A DNA stretch of 64,000 bases, taken from the NCBI RefSeq assembly GCF_018977255.1, contig NW_024704742.1:108750001-108814000 (forward strand). The letters run 5' to 3'. Shown piece by piece: positions 57,621 to 64,000 of this stretch. The translations under genes and the position numbers were made by a program. A model generated the notes under the pieces. That model saw only the letters and a list, made by a program, of their open reading frames with translations. It ran no database searches and was not told the origin of the DNA. This DNA comes from Callorhinchus milii (Eukaryota). Positions within the stretch are counted from its first letter, which is position 1. The number at the start of each line of letters is the position of its first letter.

Positions 57621-60207
57621 GGTGAGATTAACCTACAGACAACCTATAGGGTTGTTTACAATCTAAAATTTAATATAAAATTTAATTTTAAAATGGTTAC
57701 TATTTAAGTGCCTCTGTTTACCCAGCAGTAAATAGGAACCCGGTTGTTAGTCAATTAGCAAATCACTTTCTGGGGGTAATAATCGTTTAAAAATTTTTTG
57801 GCAATCAGTCCACGACTGTTTGTTGGTTACTGCTGTGTGCAATTGACTCCTGCATTTCACCCACAAGTACACAGACAATCTACTTTACGATATATTCCGT
57901 GAAGCGCTTTGAGATATCTGAACGACATGATAAGGCGCTATATCAAATGCAAAATTATTATTATTAATATTGTTGGCCAGTACACAGAGAAAAAAATCCT
58001 TTCTCTTTTCTAACAGTTTCATGGGATCTTTAACATGCACATGAACAGGCAGATCATCAGTAGAATAACCCAATTAAGATTATAAATGTACCACAGTGGA
58101 TTCACACACCACAAAGACTCGGGGCTTTACCACAAATATATCATCATTGTCAGTTCATAAATCTCCCAAACATTTGTAATAAGTAAAATATACCATTCAA
58201 TTTGGATGGTCAATGACCATTTGTATGACACATATGACACAGCGGCCATTTATTCTGTGACTTCAATTGCTACTTGACTGTTAAAATTAGCATTTTTCAT
58301 GGGAATACCTGACTTACACTTGGCTTTCACACTGCACTGGGTTGTCCGCACAGCCAGCAGGAGTAAAGCTTCCCAGTTCTCAGACTCAAAGTTGCTCCTG
58401 GTTAAGATATTGTTTTTTTTACCAGTAAATGATTTGTAAAGCCTGAAATTCCATCTGGTTTTAGCCTGTAAGGACATTACATCTGAAAATGTAGGATCAC
58501 ACACAATTGTGAAAAACATTTTAAATTTAGTCTTAATCTGGAAGCAGTTCACTCTGCAAGTTCTTAAAAAAATTATATTTAATTTAAAAATTTCGCACTA
58601 TTCTGAATGATCCCAAATTTTAAGACAAAATTCGAATAGCGTCACTCTATATAATACCATAATTTCCTAATCTCAAGAAATCCTGTTACTTGTTTTTCAC
58701 TGACCTTGATGCATTGCAAATAATGACGATAATGCCTTACCCCACTTCTCACCTTGTTCTGTATTGTACAGAATGTACCACAAGCCTGAGCAGTCCTGGT
58801 ACCAAGTACTATTTAACCTGCAGTTCTAAGTCAGTCTCAGTTAACATCGTGTATCTTTAAAAACCTTTTTTATTACTATCCTTATTAAAGTATTGATTTG
58901 CTTTGCACTGGCCACCACTTTGAGCTAACAATCTAGGCTGATATTCCAGTGCAATTTTGGGAGAGCGTTACATTGGATGAAATCTTAGTGTTGTCCTTCC
59001 TACCCCACATCCGGTCCCTGACCAAGACCACCTCCGCCACATTGCCCACCTCCGACTATACCTTACCCCAGATGCAGCCAAAACTGTGGTTTTAGCTGGT
59101 TAGACTCCAGCAGTACGCTACCACACATTCTGGTGTCCCCAAGCCTTGGCTCTTGCCAACCTGCGCCTAATACTTTCCGGAATTAGGTGATCCAGGGAGA
59201 GAGTGCGCATTTCATCCCAACAATCTATCTCTTGAATTTCCATGTGTATGTGGGACTCAATGAAATTCTCCATGGATGCATGGAGTAAGTATGGTTTGGA
59301 TACTGTTAAGCATGGTGATTGGTTTCCACATGTGTCAGACAACTGACTGACCAAAAAAAAAATTTGTAGGAAAATTGTGGTAAACAATTTGTACACAGGA
59401 ATATCTCTCAAACAGTCTTGAAGTGAATGAACAATGACATCGACCTGAACAGGCAGATAGGACTTTGGTTCAATGTCTCACCCAAAGGACTTTACCGCCA
59501 ACAATGCAGTGCAGCCCCCAAAACAATATCAGAGTGCCAGCCTAGACTTTAAGTTCAAAGTCCTACAAACTTGTGACTCACAGGCAAGAATGCTACCAAC
59601 TGAGCCAATGTGACATAATTGCTGTGAACCACAGAAGAGAATAAGAAGATTTAAAAACCACACACGCAAAAGCATTGACATCTCATTATTCATATGAACC
59701 TAAAAAACACAATCTCACTAATATTTTTGGCAAGAAGATCCCATAGTGCTTTAAATAAACATTATTCCTCCTGGAGCATCTGGGCAGGGAAGAGACTCAT
59801 CTCCTGTATTGTTGATTTCGTTGATGAATAATTTTCTAATTGCAATAGCAACCTCATTAGTCAAATGAATTATTTACTGCATCAGTCATTAGTTCTACAC
59901 TGCTGACATTTGTTACATTTGCTGGCAGTTCAATGGATGCTGCTAAGCTGCAAATAATAGTGTGAATATTTACCTTGCTGATTATTGTGTTTGCTATTGT
60001 AGTAGCAGCCTGGAGTCCAGAGGGCTTCAGGCAAATGATTATTTTACACTGTACTTACACTCCTCAAAGCAAGGCTACTTATCCTTACAGTAGTAATATG
60101 ATGGGAACAAAGTCTATATTCAGAAGTGAACAGGATCTACAATCAAGGTGTAGGCCTAGTTCCAGTTGATAGCACTCTTGCCTGAGTCAGAAGGTTGTTG
60201 GTTCAAC

Positions 60208-60963
60208 AACAACAACAACTTGCACTTATATAGCACTCTCCATGTAGGGTAGAATCCCAGAGCGCTTAACAGTGGTGGAGGGGGAGGTGGTAAGTATGGT
60301 CAAGGAGGAAAGTTTTCAGGTGGGACGTGAAAGAAGGGAGAGAGGGGGCAAGGCAGAGGGATTGAGGGAGAGTGTTCCAGAGTTTTGGGACGTAGTGGTT
60401 GAAAATGCGACCTCCGATGGTGGGGCGGAGGGTGCTAGGGACGAGGAGGCCGGTGCCAGTTGAGCGGAGGCACCGCGTGGTGCATTGGGGAGTAAGGAGG
60501 GTGGAGAGGTCGGGAGGTGCCAAAGAGTGAAGGGATTTGAACACGAGTGTGAGGATCTTGAAGTCGATCCGTTCGGTGATAGGGAGCCAGTACAGCTTGG
60601 ACAGAACTGGTGGGATGTGGGTACGGAGTTTGGTCCGGGTCAGTATGGGGCAGCAGAGATCTGAATGAGTTGGATCTTTTGAATAGTGGAGCTGGGGAGA
60701 CCGGTGAGGAGGGTGTTTGAGTAATCCAAGTGGGAAGTGACAAACGCATGCATGAGGGTTTCGTCTGCATTTGGGGTAAGGTACGGTTGGAGCGGCCAAT
60801 GTGGCAGAAGTGGAAGAAGGTGGTCCTGGTCAGGGACCGGATGTGGTGGAGGAAGGACAGCTGGTAGTCTAACCAGACATCTAGGTTGCGCACTGGTTCG
60901 GTGAGTCTGAGGGAGAGCCCAGGGAGGTTGAGGAGTTTGGATCCACAGGAATGAAGACATTGA
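60208..60963 (-). mobile_element. L2-type LINE fragment inserted in an older SINE
   Basis: HIPPVLSKLYWLPITERIDFKILTLVFK; TSD ggttcaac at 60200..60207 and 60964..60971; SINE head to the left and SINE body to the right. Confidence 0.88.
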
Positions 60964-61569
60964 GGTTCAACTCACAATCAGGGCTAATGGTTCAGTGCAG
61001 TACTGGTCACGGGTGTGCTGGATTGCTGGAGGTGAGATGTTAAACCAAGGTCCCGGCTGCCTGTTCAGGTGGACTTTAAAGATACATGATATTATTTGGG
61101 TTTCTCCGAATTTCCCAGCCTATAATTTCCCAAATAAAATAGTTTTTTTCAAATTTGTTAGTTTGTGGCACATTGCTATGCGTAAGTTGGCCACATACAA
61201 CATACATAGTCACTGCACTTTACACTAAAATCTATGAAACGCTTTGAGACATTTTGATTATGTGATAACCTGCTACATCAAATGCAAGGATATACTTCCT
61301 TAACACATTATATATTGGCCAGGGGTGTAGGCGAAAAACTAACATTCTGGAAGGATGGGATCAAATGGATTAATTAACCTTCTTCAACCAAACTGACAGG
61401 ATCAGATAACGTAAAAATTTTGAACGGATTAATGGAGCTACTTTACCTACATTAAGTTTGAGATTGAGAGTGAAATTGTATTATACAAGGGCTGATAGAA
61501 ATCATTAAAATGCGGTAAACATCCAGAATATTATTCAAATGGTAAGAAAATAATCTGTACAGATAATGA

Positions 61570-63975
61570 AAATGAGTTTATAGAATGCATTAGAGATAGC
61601 TTTCTAGAACAGTATGCTGAGGGACCAACCAGGGAACAGACTATCCTAGATCTTATTTTGTGTAATAAAATAGGGCTAATCAGCAATCTGGAAGTTAAGG
61701 CTCCTCCAGTTCAGAGTGACCATAATATGATGGAATTTAACATTAAGTTAGAGAGTGATATAGTTGAATCCAAAGCAAGGGTCTTAAATTTAAATAAAGC
61801 CAACTGTGCAGGTATGAGAGAAGATTTGGCAAAAATAGACTGGGAAATTAGATTTAAAAATATGATAGTAGACTAGCAACGGCAAACGTTTAAAGATATA
61901 ATACAAAATTCCCAGCGATTACATATTCCCTTGAAAAATAAAAATACCATGCAAAAGTGGTTCAACCTTGGTTAACTAGAGAAGTTAGGGAAAGTATAAA
62001 ATTAAAAGAAGAGGCATATAATACTGCCCAAAAGAGCAGTAATCCTGAGGATTGGTTGGGCTTTAGAGATCAGCAAAGGAAAACCAAGAAACTGATTAAG
62101 AGAGAGAAAATGGAATATGATGATAAACTAGCGAGGAACATAAAGACAGATTGTAAGAGGTTTTACAAGTACATAAAGAAGAAAAGACTATCAAAAGTGA
62201 ATGTGGGTCCATTGTAGGCAGAGACAGAAGAAATTATAATGGGGAATAAAGAAATGGCAGAGTCATTAAATAAATACTTTGCTTCTGTCTTCACGTTAAA
62301 GGACACTGAAAACTTACTGAAAATAGAGGGGAACCTGGAGACTAATGTTAGTGAGGAACTTAAAGAAATGAACATCAGTAAAGCAATAGTACTAGAAAAA
62401 TTGATAGTATTAAAAATCGATAAATCCCCTGGATCTGATGGCCTGCATCCTAGGGTTTTAAAAGAGGTGGCTGCAGAGATAGTGGATGCTTTGTTTTTGA
62501 TCTTCCAAAATTCCCTGGATTCTGGATTGGTTCCCATTGATTGGAAGATCGCTAACGTAACACCGCTGTTTAAGAAGAGTGGGAGACAAAAAATGGGGAA
62601 CTATAGACCAGTTAATCTAACATCGGTGGTAGGGAAAATTCTGGAGTTCTTAATTAGGCAGGTCGTCGTGGGCACTTAGAAAATCATAACATGATTAGGC
62701 AGAGTCAGCATGGCTTTACAAAAGGGAAATCATGTTCAACAAATCTTTTTTTGAGGATGTAACTAGCAGGTTAGATAGGGGGTTCCAGTAGATGTGGTGT
62801 ATTTGGATTTCCAGAAGGCATTCAACAAGGTGCCACATAAAAGACTGTTGCATAAGATTAGAGCGCATGGAATTAAAGCCAATATATTAACAAGGATTGA
62901 AGAGTGGAGGAAGAAAACAGAGTAGGAATAAATGGGTCCTTCTCAGATTGGCAGGATGTGACTAGTGGAGTGCCGCAAAGATCAGTGCTTGGGCCTCAAT
63001 TATTTACAGTCTATATCAATGATTTAGATGAGGAAATAGAACTTAACATATCGAAATTCGCAGACGATATGAAAATAGGTGGGAGAGTAAGCTGTGAGGA
63101 TGACACACGTAGAATGCAAAGGGTAATAGACAGGCTAGGTGAGTGGGCAAGAAGATGGCAGATGGAGTATAATGTGGGGAAGTGTGAAGTTATTCACCGA
63201 GGTAGTAAAAATAGAAAAGTGGATTATTTTCTAGAGGGGGAGAGACTAGGTAGTGTTAGGGTTCAGAGGGATTTGGGTGTCCTTGTACACCAGCCACAAA
63301 AAATTACTATGCAGGTACAGCAAGCAACTAGGAAGACTAATGTCATGTTGGCGTTCGTTGCAAAAGGGTTAGAGTACAAGAGTAGGGAAGTCTTGCTGCA
63401 GTTGTAAAAAGCCTTGGTGAGACTGCACCTAGAATATTGTGTGTAGTTTTGGTCTCTTTATTTAAGAAAGGACATACTCACCTTAGAGGGGGTGCAGCGT
63501 AGATTCACTAGGTTGGTTCCTGGGTTGAAGGGGTTGACCTATGAGGATAGGTTGAGTAAACTAGGTCTATATTCTCTGGAATATAGAAGAATTAGAGGTG
63601 ATCTTATAGAAACCTATAAGATTCTTAACGGTCTTGACAGGGTAGATACCATGAGACTGTTTTCCCTGGTTGGAGAATCTAAAACTAGGGGTCATGGTCT
63701 CAAGATTAAGGGTCAGCCTTTTCGAACTGAGTTGAGGAAACATTTCTTCACTGAGAAGATAGTGAATTTGTGGAATGCTCTACCCCAGAAGGCTGTGGAT
63801 GCTCAGTCCTTGAACATATTCAAGACTGAGATTGATAGATTTCTAAAGGATAGAGGGATTAAGGTATATGGGGATAGGGCAGGTAAATGGAATTAGGTCA
63901 GAAGATCAGCCATGGTTGGGCAAGCTCGAGGGGCCGAATGGCCTACTCCTGCTCCTATGTCTTATGGTCTTATGG
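61570..63975 (+). mobile_element. CR1-type LINE, about 2.4 kb, 5'-truncated, decayed ORF2 + 3'UTR
   Basis: KSPGSDGLHPRVLKE, GNYRPVNLTSVVGK, VTSGVPQRSVLGPQLFTVYINDLD..SKFADD, TRGHGLK; tail tcttatgg repeats; several stops and frameshifts. Confidence 0.95.
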
Positions 63976-64000
63976 ACCTAGGGATCCTGATTGATAATAA

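Noticed and set aside
61570..63975. CR1 ORFs as an active retrotransposon or a second host gene
   Set aside because: 5'-truncated with multiple in-frame stops and frameshifts.

Overview
Eukaryotic, repeat-rich vertebrate genomic DNA. The repeat set (CR1 and L2 LINEs, tRNA-headed Deu-domain SINEs, Penelope-like elements) points to a cartilaginous fish, possibly a holocephalan; that assignment is inference. The window holds 13 coding exons of PCSK1 (prohormone convertase 1/3) on the + strand, 1397..45258. They correspond to exons 2-14, and exon 1 lies upstream of the window. All splice sites are GT-AG, the joined frame is open for 694 codons, and the Asp/His/Ser triad, oxyanion Asn and RRGDL motif are intact. 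Intron 2 carries an antisense SIAH1 pseudogene whose poly(A) remnant is fused directly to a CR1 3' end, nested inside a TSD-flanked insert. Intron 6 carries three Penelope-derived insertions with TSDs. One is a 192-bp palindrome; another has an intact minimal hammerhead core and contains an inverted copy of nearby intron DNA. A diverged duplicate of the stop-codon/3'UTR segment lies upstream of the last exon. No other gene was recognised after 45.3 kb. Exon coordinates were read base by base; most repeat boundaries are approximate.
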